Of a stretch of 34,494 bases of DNA, positions 25,415 through 34,373 are shown in pieces. The stretch comes from Candidatus Nanoarchaeia archaeon (GTDB lineage: Archaea > Nanobdellota > Nanobdellia > Woesearchaeales > DATDTY01), in NCBI GenBank assembly GCA_035290625.1, contig DATDTY010000028.1:1-34494 (forward strand), given 5' to 3'. Each line of letters starts with the position of its first letter. Position 1 is the first letter of the stretch. The position numbers were made by a program, and so were the translations under genes. The notes beneath the pieces are model-generated. The model ran no database searches. It was not told the origin of the DNA and was given only the letters and a program-made list of their open reading frames with translations.

Positions 25415-26245
25415 ATGGCAACACAATCAGTTCAGGCGCTTGTACCGGGCGGTAAAGCAACAGCGGCCCCTCCTCTCGGGCCTCAGCTCGGGCCTCTTGG
25501 AGTAAACATAGGCCAGGTGGTTTCTGAAATAAACAGGAAGACTGCAGATTTCAAAGGGATGCAGGTCCCAATCAAAGTTATAGTGGATTCAGGCACAAAG
25601 GAATTTGAGGTAACAGTTGGAACCCCTCCTTCATCTGCATTGATTTTTAAGGAAGCTGGTGTTGAAAAGGGAGCCAAGAACCCCTTAACAGACAAGGTTG
25701 CTGATTTGAGGATTGAGCAGATCATCAAGATAGCCAAGATGAAGCAAGACAGCCTCCTTGGCAAGACATTGAAGGAGAATGTGAAGGAGATTATTGGCAG
25801 CTGCAATTCAATGGGAATCCTTGTCCAGGGTGTTGACGCAAAGCAGGCAATCCGGCTGGTAAATGAAGGAAAGTTTAATGAGGAGATCAGGACTGAGAAG
25901 ACTGAACTCACAGCCCAGGAACTCAAACATCTTGAAGAAGAGCGAAAGCGGCTGGCTGAAGAGATCGAGAAGCGCAGAGAGGAGTTTGTTGCCAAGGGTA
26001 AGCTCATTATCTCAGAGATGCAGGGGAAAGTGCGTTCAGAGATCAAGAACCGCATGCTTGCGGAAGGCATACCTGTTGCGATTGTTACTGAATTGCTTCC
26101 TGTTGAGGTTGCAGCAGCTGAAGGGGCAAAAGCAGAAGGAGCCAAGGAAGGCGAGAAGAAAGAGGCTGGGGCAAAGAAGGAGGCTGCTCCAAAGAAAGAA
26201 GCTGCCCCTGAAAAGCAGAAGCAGGAAAAGAAAGGTAAGAGGTAG
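25415..26245 (+). CDS. rpl11: 50S ribosomal protein uL11 with long C-terminal extension
   Basis: VPGGKATAAPPLGPQLGPLGVNIGQVV.EIN.KT.DFKGM.VP, GTPPSSALI, EIIGSCNSMGI; about 115 extra residues. Confidence 0.95.
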   Translation: MATQSVQALVPGGKATAAPPLGPQLGPLGVNIGQVVSEINRKTADFKGMQVPIKVIVDSGTKEFEVTVGTPPSSALIFKEAGVEKGAKNPLTDKVADLRIEQIIKIAKMKQDSLLGKTLKENVKEIIGSCNSMGILVQGVDAKQAIRLVNEGKFNEEIRTEKTELTAQELKHLEEERKRLAEEIEKRREEFVAKGKLIISEMQGKVRSEIKNRMLAEGIPVAIVTELLPVEVAAAEGAKAEGAKEGEKKEAGAKKEAAPKKEAAPEKQKQEKKGKR

Positions 26246-26257
26246 GATCAGTAGTAT

Positions 26258-27061
26258 CTACTCTAGTGCTATCCTCTGCATTCGTTCATAGGGAAGGCTC
26301 ATTGTGTCAAGAAGATTGAGGATTCTCTGTTTCTCCTCTCCCATGCCCTTCCAATCCACGAGAATCACATCAATCCCTTCTGTTGTTTTTTCTATCGCCT
26401 GGCTGAGCAACGCCTTGCTGACATAAGGAAGGCTGTATTTCGGGCAGATATGGCCGATGGCTAAGCCGGAGTTTTTCTGTATTTTGTTTGCAGCATCATT
26501 GTAATGAAGCCCTCCGAGGAGCAATGCCGGCTTGTATTTCTTTGCCGGATTTTTTAATGTGTTCAGGATGGATTCTGCAATCTGCGCTCCATATTCCTTG
26601 TTGCTCCATTCCCTTTCTGTTGACCCTATTTCAACAAAAATGCTCGGAATCTCTGTATAAGGGCCATGGTGCGTAGGCTCCAGAGTTACCGGAAGCCCAG
26701 CAGTTTTTGACATCCCGATAAAGAGTGATTTGAGAGAGAATGCGCTGGTTGGGCAAAGTTTCCCCTCCTGCCCCCCAAACTCTGCTTTTCCCCAGTTTCC
26801 AGGAGCATGGATTGTGAAGTTTGGAGTGTTTTCCTTGCTGCGGTGCTTGGAGAGGAAGATCAGGAGATCTGCCTTTGGAAATACTGCCATAGAGAGCAGC
26901 TCATCCTCGACTGTGTAAAGCCTGAGCATGTGGGGTGAAAGGCGGTATTGATAGACAAGACATCCTTGAAACCTCTCCCTTGTTTCTTCAAAGAAGGCAA
27001 AGCCATGATTCATATTCACGCTTGCTGGATCTTTCAGTGAGCAGATCAAAGCAATATCCAT
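26258..27061 (-). CDS. dtdA: D-aminoacyl-tRNA deacylase (DTD2/GEK1 family)
   Basis: DPASVN, FLSKHRS, TIHAPGN, LEPTHHGP, FVEIGSTE.EW, GGLHY, GHICPKY, DWKG. Confidence 0.92.
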   Translation of the reverse strand: MDIALICSLKDPASVNMNHGFAFFEETRERFQGCLVYQYRLSPHMLRLYTVEDELLSMAVFPKADLLIFLSKHRSKENTPNFTIHAPGNWGKAEFGGQEGKLCPTSAFSLKSLFIGMSKTAGLPVTLEPTHHGPYTEIPSIFVEIGSTEREWSNKEYGAQIAESILNTLKNPAKKYKPALLLGGLHYNDAANKIQKNSGLAIGHICPKYSLPYVSKALLSQAIEKTTEGIDVILVDWKGMGEEKQRILNLLDTMSLPYERMQRIALE

Positions 27062-27264
27062 AGAAGTAGAAGCGCCATGTAGTGATTATAAGCTTTGCTC
27101 CTCAGGATTCCTGGATAACCAGCCTCAATTCTAATTACTTTCAATATAGTTAAACAAAGATTTCAGGCTATTTGATAAAAAATAAGTATAAAAGTACTAT
27201 TATTGATAAGTAAATTCACTCAGAAATAGATAAGTATATAAACTTCATTAGGCTAAAGTTGGCT

Positions 27265-27456
27265 ATGGCAACGATCCTCAGACGAAGGCTATATAAAAGG
27301 GGCTCAAGCTACGAGACGACAGTCCCTTCACCCTTGCTGTTTGCGCTTGACAAATCAAAGAGGTACTTTGTTGTCTTTTCATACGATCCTGAAGCAAATA
27401 AGTGGTATATCAAATTTGAGGCTTCTGGAGAGCCTTTGAAAGCTCCAGATAAATAA
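27265..27456 (+). CDS. Small AbrB/MazE-like DNA-binding protein
   Basis: RRRLYKRGSSYETTVP..L swapped-hairpin-like motif. TATATAAA upstream. The 3' end overlaps the ATPase 3' end by 47 nt. Confidence 0.6.
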   Translation: MATILRRRLYKRGSSYETTVPSPLLFALDKSKRYFVVFSYDPEANKWYIKFEASGEPLKAPDK

Positions 27457-30073
27457 AGCCGGCAGAAGAGACTGCAATAATTGAGCCGAATTCTATGAGT
27501 GTCAAAGGCGCTGTCTTGAATATAGGATTTAAGCTGGGGATAAATACAATTGCGGCAGCGAAAAGGAAGGAGGAAACAACTGCAAGATTCAAATAGCGGT
27601 TTTTGAAGATTCCAACCTTGAAGACAGGATAGCGGAGAGACCTGCAGGAGAAGGCTTGGTAGAGTTCAAAGAACGTGATCACAAGGAACACTGCAGTCTG
27701 GGCCTTGACAAGGCTTTGGCCTGTATTGATGAAATATAGGAATGTAGAGAGAGCCACAAGAGTCATAAGACAGGGGTAGTAGATGAGATAAGCATTCATC
27801 CTGCCATAGATCTTCTCCGCGGAGCTTACAGGTCTGCGCTTCATCGCCCTTGGCTCAAAAGGGTCTGCGCTCAAGGCAGTAGCAGGGAGCCCGTCAGTCA
27901 CGAGATTGATGACAAGAAGCTGGATGGCGGCAAGCGGCAGAGGCAGCCCTGAGATGATGGCAAAGAATATGATAAGGACTTCTGCGATATTCCCTGAAAG
28001 GAGGAATGCGATGAACTTTCTGAGGTTATCATACACTCCTCTTCCCTCCTCAATGGCATGCACAATCGATGCGAAATTGTCATCGGTAAGGATCATATGC
28101 GATGCCTCCTTTGCAACATCTGTCCCTGTGACACCCATCGCGATTCCAATATCCGAACGCTTGAGGCTGGGAGCATCATTGACGCCGTCTCCAGTCATTG
28201 CCACAACTTCTCCCTTTGATTTAAAGGCCTCCACAATCTTCATTTTGTCAGTAGGATTGACGCGTGCATAGACCCCGATACGCTCTACCTGGTCTTCCAG
28301 TTCCTTCTGGCTTATCTTTGCAAGCTCTGCTCCTTCCATGGCATTTCCTTCGATTGCAAGGTCTTTTGCAATTGCCTGGGCTGTGGCCAGATGGTCTCCA
28401 GTTATCATCACGACTTTAATTCCCGCTTCCTTGCACCTCTGGATAGAGCCCTTAACCTCTTCCCTTGCAGGGTCAATCATCGCCTGAAGGCCGATGAAAA
28501 CCAGCCCATTTTCCTCAAGAACCCGTGCGTGCTTGAAGGCAAAGCCAAGAACCCGTAATGCCTCAGAAGCAAATCTCTGGTTGATTGCCAGTATCTCCTT
28601 CCTTTTTTGAAGTGTAAGCTTGCTGATCCTTCCAGACTCGTAGATGTGGTTGCAGTACCCAAGGATGATATCAGGAGCTCCTTTTGTAAAGACATAGGTC
28701 TTTGCTCCAAGCCTATGCTGCGTGCTCATTCTCTTGCGCTCACTGGTGAATCCGATCTCGCCTAAGCGGGGTGAAGATTTCTCCAGGCTCTCTTTCAGAA
28801 GGCCTGCTTTTGCAGCAGAAACGAGCAGAGCCCCTTCTGTCGGATCCCCCAGCAGCTGGCCATCAATAAATCTTGCATCATTACAGAGGCTGCCGATCTT
28901 CAGGAGGAACTCAATGTCTTTTTTCCTGGCTTTCTTTCCATGCGAAAGGAATTCTCCTTCAATCGCATACCCGCTCCCTGTGACATCGATCTCATGCCCG
29001 TTGGTGTATATCTTCTTTACAGTCATCTCATTCTTTGTGAGGGTTCCGGTCTTATCAGAGCAGATGACCGTGGTCGACCCCAGCGTCTCCACACTTGGGA
29101 GCTTTCTGATAAGTACGTTTTTGGCAGCCATCCTTCTCACGCCCAAAGCCAGCCCGATGGTAACCACAACAGGCAATCCTTCAGGTATGGCTGCAACTGC
29201 CAGGCTGACTGCTATGAGAAAGAGGTCCCGGGCTGAATGAAGAAAACCTAAAAAATCTTTTGCGAAAAGAAGCCTGAGAATCTCCGGAGACTTGATGACC
29301 CCTGAAATAAACACAATGATGCAGACAGCGACGGTAATTGAGCCTAAGAGGGTTGCCAATTTCTTAAGCCTGACCTGGAGCGGAGTGGGTTCCGGCCTTT
29401 GCTGCTGGATAAGGGCCGCTATCTTTCCGATCTCGGTCTGCATTCCTGTTTGCGTCACGACTGCATTCCCATGTCCTGCAACAACAATAGTTGAGGAAAA
29501 AAGCATGTTGGTCCTGTCTGACGCACGCGCCTCAGCTGCAATCTCCCTGGCGTCTTTCAGGAGCGGCAATGACTCTCCTGTCAGCGAAGCTTCCTGGGTT
29601 TGAAGGTTAAAAGCCTCAAGTATCCTGCCATCTGCCGGCACCTTCTGTCCTGTTTCTACACGGATAACATCGCCAGGAACAAGCTGGCTTGCAGGAATTT
29701 CTGCCTCCTTGCCGTCTCTAAATACGATTGCTTTGAGAGAGGTAAGCTTCCTGAGCGCCTCAATTGTCTTTTCAGCGCGGTATTCCTGAAAGAAGCCGAG
29801 CATCCCGTTGAGGATGATAATGGCAAGGATAACAAATGCATCGAGAATCTCACCAAGGAGGAAAGAGATTGCTGTTGCTGCGATCAGAAGCCCAATCACA
29901 AAGCTCCTGAACTGGCCAAGAAAGATGGCGAGCGGCCTGACACTTTTTTTTTCCTTGATTTCATTGGGCCCAAACTGGACAAGCCGGCGCGCTGCCTCAG
30001 CCTGAGACAAGCCATGAGAAGATGTGCGGAGCTTTTCCAGAACCAGCTTGGCTGGAAGGCTATGGTGATCCAT
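27410..30073 (-). CDS. P-type ATPase, type IIA (Ca2+-translocating, SERCA-like)
   Basis: LTGES, AIPEGLP, CSDKTGTLT, KGAP, MITGD, TGDGVNDAP, TM5 SGNIAE, TM6 NLVTDGLPA. Confidence 0.93.
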   Translation of the reverse strand: MDHHSLPAKLVLEKLRTSSHGLSQAEAARRLVQFGPNEIKEKKSVRPLAIFLGQFRSFVIGLLIAATAISFLLGEILDAFVILAIIILNGMLGFFQEYRAEKTIEALRKLTSLKAIVFRDGKEAEIPASQLVPGDVIRVETGQKVPADGRILEAFNLQTQEASLTGESLPLLKDAREIAAEARASDRTNMLFSSTIVVAGHGNAVVTQTGMQTEIGKIAALIQQQRPEPTPLQVRLKKLATLLGSITVAVCIIVFISGVIKSPEILRLLFAKDFLGFLHSARDLFLIAVSLAVAAIPEGLPVVVTIGLALGVRRMAAKNVLIRKLPSVETLGSTTVICSDKTGTLTKNEMTVKKIYTNGHEIDVTGSGYAIEGEFLSHGKKARKKDIEFLLKIGSLCNDARFIDGQLLGDPTEGALLVSAAKAGLLKESLEKSSPRLGEIGFTSERKRMSTQHRLGAKTYVFTKGAPDIILGYCNHIYESGRISKLTLQKRKEILAINQRFASEALRVLGFAFKHARVLEENGLVFIGLQAMIDPAREEVKGSIQRCKEAGIKVVMITGDHLATAQAIAKDLAIEGNAMEGAELAKISQKELEDQVERIGVYARVNPTDKMKIVEAFKSKGEVVAMTGDGVNDAPSLKRSDIGIAMGVTGTDVAKEASHMILTDDNFASIVHAIEEGRGVYDNLRKFIAFLLSGNIAEVLIIFFAIISGLPLPLAAIQLLVINLVTDGLPATALSADPFEPRAMKRRPVSSAEKIYGRMNAYLIYYPCLMTLVALSTFLYFINTGQSLVKAQTAVFLVITFFELYQAFSCRSLRYPVFKVGIFKNRYLNLAVVSSFLFAAAIVFIPSLNPIFKTAPLTLIEFGSIIAVSSAGFIYLELSKALQKPQI

Positions 30074-30130
30074 AAGGCCTATGGCTTAAGTTGGATTTTA
30101 TAAGGATTGCGAAAAAAAGAAAATAAAAAG

Positions 30131-30349
30131 CTACTTCTTTGGCCTTCCTCTCCTCTTCGGTGCCGCTGAAGGAGTCATCGCAAGGCTGCTCATCCGGGGC
30201 TTGCAGCAGCTTGACGATTCATGCGCAAGGAGAACAATGCCCAGCACAAGAAAACCCCAGCTTGCCCACTTAAGCGGCACTGCGATATCCCAGATAGCTA
30301 ATACAAGAATAAGCACACCAACAATAGTTGTACAATACCCTTTCATCAT
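30131..30349 (-). CDS. Two-TM microprotein with C-terminal AT-hook-like motif
   Basis: Two hydrophobic helices, HESSSCC, terminal PKRRGRPKK. SD GAGGTGG (30351-57) upstream. Confidence 0.65.
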   Translation of the reverse strand: MMKGYCTTIVGVLILVLAIWDIAVPLKWASWGFLVLGIVLLAHESSSCCKPRMSSLAMTPSAAPKRRGRPKK

Positions 30350-30412
30350 ACCACCTCGTTTGTTAATAAAAGACCGTGCGGCTTTTTGAGGAGGATAGGT
30401 ATATAAATGTTG

Positions 30413-31873
30413 TTATTTGGATTTAGGGTATTTTGGAGGCACAAGAGAGGGGTTGGGTTTCCATCGCTCCCTTCTTCTTTTCATCTCGACGCCCTGTAAT
30501 GCTTTATACGCCTCGGCATTTCTCAAATCGATCAGCTGCTGGGTGGTGCGCGCAATTTCATCCAAATTTGAGAGGCTCTTTAGGCCTTTTAATTCACGCA
30601 GTTCGTCGTGAAGCAAAGATGCCTGATGCACCAGAGTAAGTGTCTGGCTGAGCTCAGCCTGGATTTCAGCTGGCCTGATTTTTCCGATAACCGCATTCTT
30701 CAAATCATCTAGGCGGGTGGGATCTATATCCTCGATGCCCTGCTCAGCAGCCAAGCTCCTGAGGGCGTAGAGGGTGCATCCAGGATTTTCCTTAAAGGCC
30801 TCATCAATGATTTGTTCAACGCCCTTATAGTTTGTTGTTATCTGATGATCGATATCGCCTAGCATACCGAATTTGATATGCAAGAGTGTAGGAACAAGGA
30901 GCGCCATCGAATCAATTGCAGGAAATTCAAAGATGATCTGATCAAGGCTGAGGTTCCTTTTTATTGCCTTGGATTCTATAATCTCCGGCGTCTTATGGAT
31001 ATCCCCCTTATAAACAACCTTATGGAGGGAAAAGTCCAGGGTTGTGGATCCGTGAGTAAGGGGTTTCCGGGTAACATAAAGCCCATCAGCCGTTTCATTA
31101 CTTTCCTTGCGCAGCCGCAATGGACCAAGCTCACGTGCCCTCGCCTTGCCCCTCTGATAAAGAGAAGGGTACAACAAGGGCAGATACGTATTGAGGTGCT
31201 TGAAAAGCTCAATAAGATCATCCGTCTTCTCAGGATTCCTGACACCATGCTCAGGCTCAACAGAAAATACCTTGTAGTCATAAGTGGACTGATACCCTAA
31301 CAGGATACCAAGAGGGATTCTAAATCGCCTGCGCAGCTTTTGTGTGTCGGCAAATGCGGCCTGGATAGGGTCATGATAATCGGGATGCTCTGCAGAATAG
31401 ACATTGTTCCAAAGGGAGCAGAGGGTGGAAAGCGTGGCATCAAGAGGATTGACTCGATTAAATCTGTCAAGTGCTTCTGAAGTAGTTCGATACGCACGGG
31501 CATTCTCGATCTCATCTCCAAAATAGGGAAAGCCAGATTCGTCAAATCCCAAGAAAGGCTTCCTGCCGACATCAAGCAGGTAATCTCCGTTGCCTCTGAG
31601 TGCTTTGCTAAAGCTGAGCACAGAAGCCTGTGTTTCTCCAGGGCAGAGCTGATAGAGCGTCGGCCCAAAATCAGAGGTCTTGTCAAAATAGTGGCGAAAG
31701 TAGGAGCGAAAACCAGGAAAATGGAATATCTTGGTAAGCGATTGCTGTTGCTTGGAATTCAGCGGGCTGTTCCCTCCATTGGCTATTGAAAAGATCTGCT
31801 CCTCATTGTCCATATACAGGATGCTCAGCAGCAATGATGCTGGCATATATGAAGGAAAAATATCAACATTCAT
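30413..31873 (-). CDS. Hypothetical protein, probable divergent RelA/SpoT N-terminal-half homolog
   Basis: Collinear RSH-like segments ALDRFNRVNPL, IPLGILLGY, LLYPSLY, HKTPEIIESKAIKRNLSLDQI, NYKGVE, PAEIQ. GAAACA-TTTATAAA promoter 23 nt upstream. The CDS is confident; the family call is moderate. Confidence 0.6.
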   Translation of the reverse strand: MNVDIFPSYMPASLLLSILYMDNEEQIFSIANGGNSPLNSKQQQSLTKIFHFPGFRSYFRHYFDKTSDFGPTLYQLCPGETQASVLSFSKALRGNGDYLLDVGRKPFLGFDESGFPYFGDEIENARAYRTTSEALDRFNRVNPLDATLSTLCSLWNNVYSAEHPDYHDPIQAAFADTQKLRRRFRIPLGILLGYQSTYDYKVFSVEPEHGVRNPEKTDDLIELFKHLNTYLPLLYPSLYQRGKARARELGPLRLRKESNETADGLYVTRKPLTHGSTTLDFSLHKVVYKGDIHKTPEIIESKAIKRNLSLDQIIFEFPAIDSMALLVPTLLHIKFGMLGDIDHQITTNYKGVEQIIDEAFKENPGCTLYALRSLAAEQGIEDIDPTRLDDLKNAVIGKIRPAEIQAELSQTLTLVHQASLLHDELRELKGLKSLSNLDEIARTTQQLIDLRNAEAYKALQGVEMKRRRERWKPNPSLVPPKYPKSK

Positions 31874-32002
31874 GGCAGACAGGCAAGACGTGTAGATTTA
31901 TAAATGTTTCTGATTTTATCACTTGATAGTTATAAAATAAAGGAGGGAGGTATGCGGAGAATAAAGAAAGGCATAAATAAACCAGTCCGAACTCTTTCTT
32001 GT

Positions 32003-32587
32003 ATGAAGTTGATGATATTTGACCTGTCAGGAGTCTTATTTTCAAATGAGGAGAATGAGTTCTTTCCGCAGTTCTGCAAAAAATATGGATTGAAGCTGGA
32101 TGAGGTTGTTCCGTATTATAACAAGCTGATAGAGATGGCTGAGAGAAATGAGGTGACGCTTGAGTATGTCTGGGCAAAGGTGTTCCGGAGGTTTAACCTC
32201 AACCTTGACGCACAGGCTACAACAAAGGAAGTCGTGCGGTTAAAACAGGCTAACAAGCCCATGCTTGAGGTTGTCAGGGAGCTTCGGAAAAAGGTCAAGA
32301 CTGCCTATCTCACGAATTATGCAAAGGAGTACTGGGAATTGATTAGCAAAGTTTTTCCTTTCCAGGATTATTTTGATGGAGGTGTTGTTTCCTACCAGGT
32401 TGGATCAAGGAAGCCTGAGAAGGGATGCTTTGAAGCAGTCTTGAAGAAGTTTGGAGTCGGAGTGTCTGAATGCCTGTACATAGATGACAGCCAGAAAAAT
32501 GTCAAAGCAGCGACAGCCTTTGGAATCAAGGGGTTGGTATTCCGAAGCAAAGATGAATTTTTGAGGGAGATTTCTGGGTTGCTATGA
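32003..32587 (+). CDS. HAD-superfamily hydrolase (YihX-like)
   Basis: MIFDLSGVL, LTN, RKPE, YIDDSQKNV.AA..FGIKG. An alternative in-frame ATG with a strong SD lies at 31952. Confidence 0.88.
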   Translation: MKLMIFDLSGVLFSNEENEFFPQFCKKYGLKLDEVVPYYNKLIEMAERNEVTLEYVWAKVFRRFNLNLDAQATTKEVVRLKQANKPMLEVVRELRKKVKTAYLTNYAKEYWELISKVFPFQDYFDGGVVSYQVGSRKPEKGCFEAVLKKFGVGVSECLYIDDSQKNVKAATAFGIKGLVFRSKDEFLREISGLL

Positions 32588-33204
32588 GGCTCGACCGCAA
32601 GAAGATTTCTAGCTTAAAGAAAGAATATTCGAAGAAGAAAGATGCTATAGAGCAGCGGCTGGCTGAATTCTCACGGATTCCTCCTGAGGAGTATTTCTAT
32701 GAAGGCTGCTTTTGCCTGCTGACTCCCCAGACAAGCGGAAAGAGGAGCTGGGAGGCTGTTATGGAGATGAAGAAGGCTGATTTTTGGAATTCAGGCATTG
32801 ATCCAAAACAATTTTTAGGGAGGATTCGGTTTCACCATACCAAGGCAAAAAGGCTTCTGGAGTTCAGGGAAATGTTTCCTGCAGTGCTTAAGGAATTGAC
32901 TTCAAGGAAGAGCCCAAAAGAGATTGCTTCTTATATTATCCATGATGTAAAAGGCATGGGCTTGAAGGAAGCCAGCCACTATCTGAGGAACATAGGCCAT
33001 AGGAATCTCGCAATACTCGATCGCCATATTTTAAAAAATCTGCAGGAGTATGGGGCATTGAAGGCGCTTCCAAGAACACTCACAAAGAAAAGATATTCCC
33101 TCATTGAGAAGAGATTCAGGCAATTTTCAGAAGAGATAAGAATTCCGATAGACCATTTGGATTTGCTTTTCTGGAGCAATGAGACGGGGGAGATATTCAA
33201 GTAG
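32584..33204 (+). CDS. ogg: 8-oxoguanine DNA glycosylase/AP lyase (Ogg2 type)
   Basis: FCLLTPQ, RFHHTKA, HhH VKGMGLKEASHYLRNIG, AILDRHIL, C-terminal LDLLFWS.ETGEIFK. Confidence 0.92.
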   Translation: MRLDRKKISSLKKEYSKKKDAIEQRLAEFSRIPPEEYFYEGCFCLLTPQTSGKRSWEAVMEMKKADFWNSGIDPKQFLGRIRFHHTKAKRLLEFREMFPAVLKELTSRKSPKEIASYIIHDVKGMGLKEASHYLRNIGHRNLAILDRHILKNLQEYGALKALPRTLTKKRYSLIEKRFRQFSEEIRIPIDHLDLLFWSNETGEIFK

Positions 33205-33216
33205 CTATTCGAGCTA

Positions 33217-34308
33217 CTACTTCCTTAAGATCTCCTTCTTGAAAATCTCTGTGAAGGTTATCAGGAAAGCCAGGATAACAGGCCCAAGAACAACTCCGAT
33301 AAAGCCAAAGACTCCAAGCCCACCCATAACTCCCAGCAGGACAATCACAGGATGCACATTTGCCCTGTCGCCGATAAGCTTCGGCCTCAGGATATTGTCA
33401 ATCATGCTTATAACCAGGGCTCCATAGAGGAGCAGTACAATCCCTGATATGATGACCCCGGTGTTGCCCTGAGAAAACCCTGTGGCAAGGAGATAGATGC
33501 CTGCCGGGCCCCAGATAAGAGAAGCTCCAACAAAGGGGATCAGCGCAAAGAAGGCAGCAAGAAATCCCCAAAGCAGAGGGGAGTGTATGCCGAAGAACCA
33601 GAATCCAAGAGAGGTAGCTAAGCCCTGAAGGCCAGCAGTCATGAGGTTTCCATAGACAATTGCATACGTGAGGTCATTAAACTGGGCAAAAATTCTTCGC
33701 CGGTCAGCAGCCGATAGGGGGAGGAGCGGCTCAAGGGACTTGGTAAATGCCTGGCCATCCCTGTAAATAAAGAACATTGCAAAAAAGACAATAAAGATAT
33801 TCAGGGCAAACCTTGCAATATGGAAAGCCGCTTCTTTGACATCTTGGGCGACTGGAGGGATCGCCTTGAGGGCAAATTCAAAATAGCCCCGGTATTTCTC
33901 ATTTGTGATAAAGGCCGCGATATCCTGGGAGGTGGCACAAAAAAGGCTTGTTTGGTCTGCGCAGCCCAAGGTCGGCTGGAGAGTATTCAGCCAGCCAGTG
34001 GATCCAATGAAAGATATGATTTCCTTTCCCAGTGTATTAGCAACAAAGATAAGCAAGAGTAAAGAAACAACAATAATTGAAAAAGTGACAATCAGTGCGC
34101 TCAGATTCCTCCTTCCTGTTCTCTGGTATAATGCTCTGTAGACTGGAAAAAAGAGATAGCTGAGGACCAGCGATGTGAGGAGTGCATTGATAAACGGCCT
34201 CAGTATGAAGAAGGAAAGGATAGCTATGGCTACAAAGAGCGTAATGAAAAGGAACTTGATGAATGTTACTGGCTTGATTTCAAGCTCCCTTGGGATGGAC
34301 TTCCTCAT
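33217..34308 (-). CDS. AI-2E (PerM/TqsA) family membrane transporter
   Basis: Multi-TM; ALIPFVGASLIWGP, IDNILRPKLIG....HP..VLLGVMGGL.VFGFIGVVLGP. Confidence 0.92.
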   Translation of the reverse strand: MRKSIPRELEIKPVTFIKFLFITLFVAIAILSFFILRPFINALLTSLVLSYLFFPVYRALYQRTGRRNLSALIVTFSIIVVSLLLLIFVANTLGKEIISFIGSTGWLNTLQPTLGCADQTSLFCATSQDIAAFITNEKYRGYFEFALKAIPPVAQDVKEAAFHIARFALNIFIVFFAMFFIYRDGQAFTKSLEPLLPLSAADRRRIFAQFNDLTYAIVYGNLMTAGLQGLATSLGFWFFGIHSPLLWGFLAAFFALIPFVGASLIWGPAGIYLLATGFSQGNTGVIISGIVLLLYGALVISMIDNILRPKLIGDRANVHPVIVLLGVMGGLGVFGFIGVVLGPVILAFLITFTEIFKKEILRK

Positions 34309-34373
34309 GGAGAGAGAATTGAAAATTGGCGTATATAAAGGTATTGATGGCGCGGGCTCTGTCCCGAAAGTCT

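Noticed and set aside
22114..26145. Long antisense ORFs over ftsZ, spt5 and rpl11
   Set aside because: Codon-bias shadows of conserved genes.
27062..27258. Replication origin in the AT-rich spacer (also considered near oapABC)
   Set aside because: No ORB-like TTCCAxTGGAAA...GGGG repeats and no cdc6/orc1 in the window.
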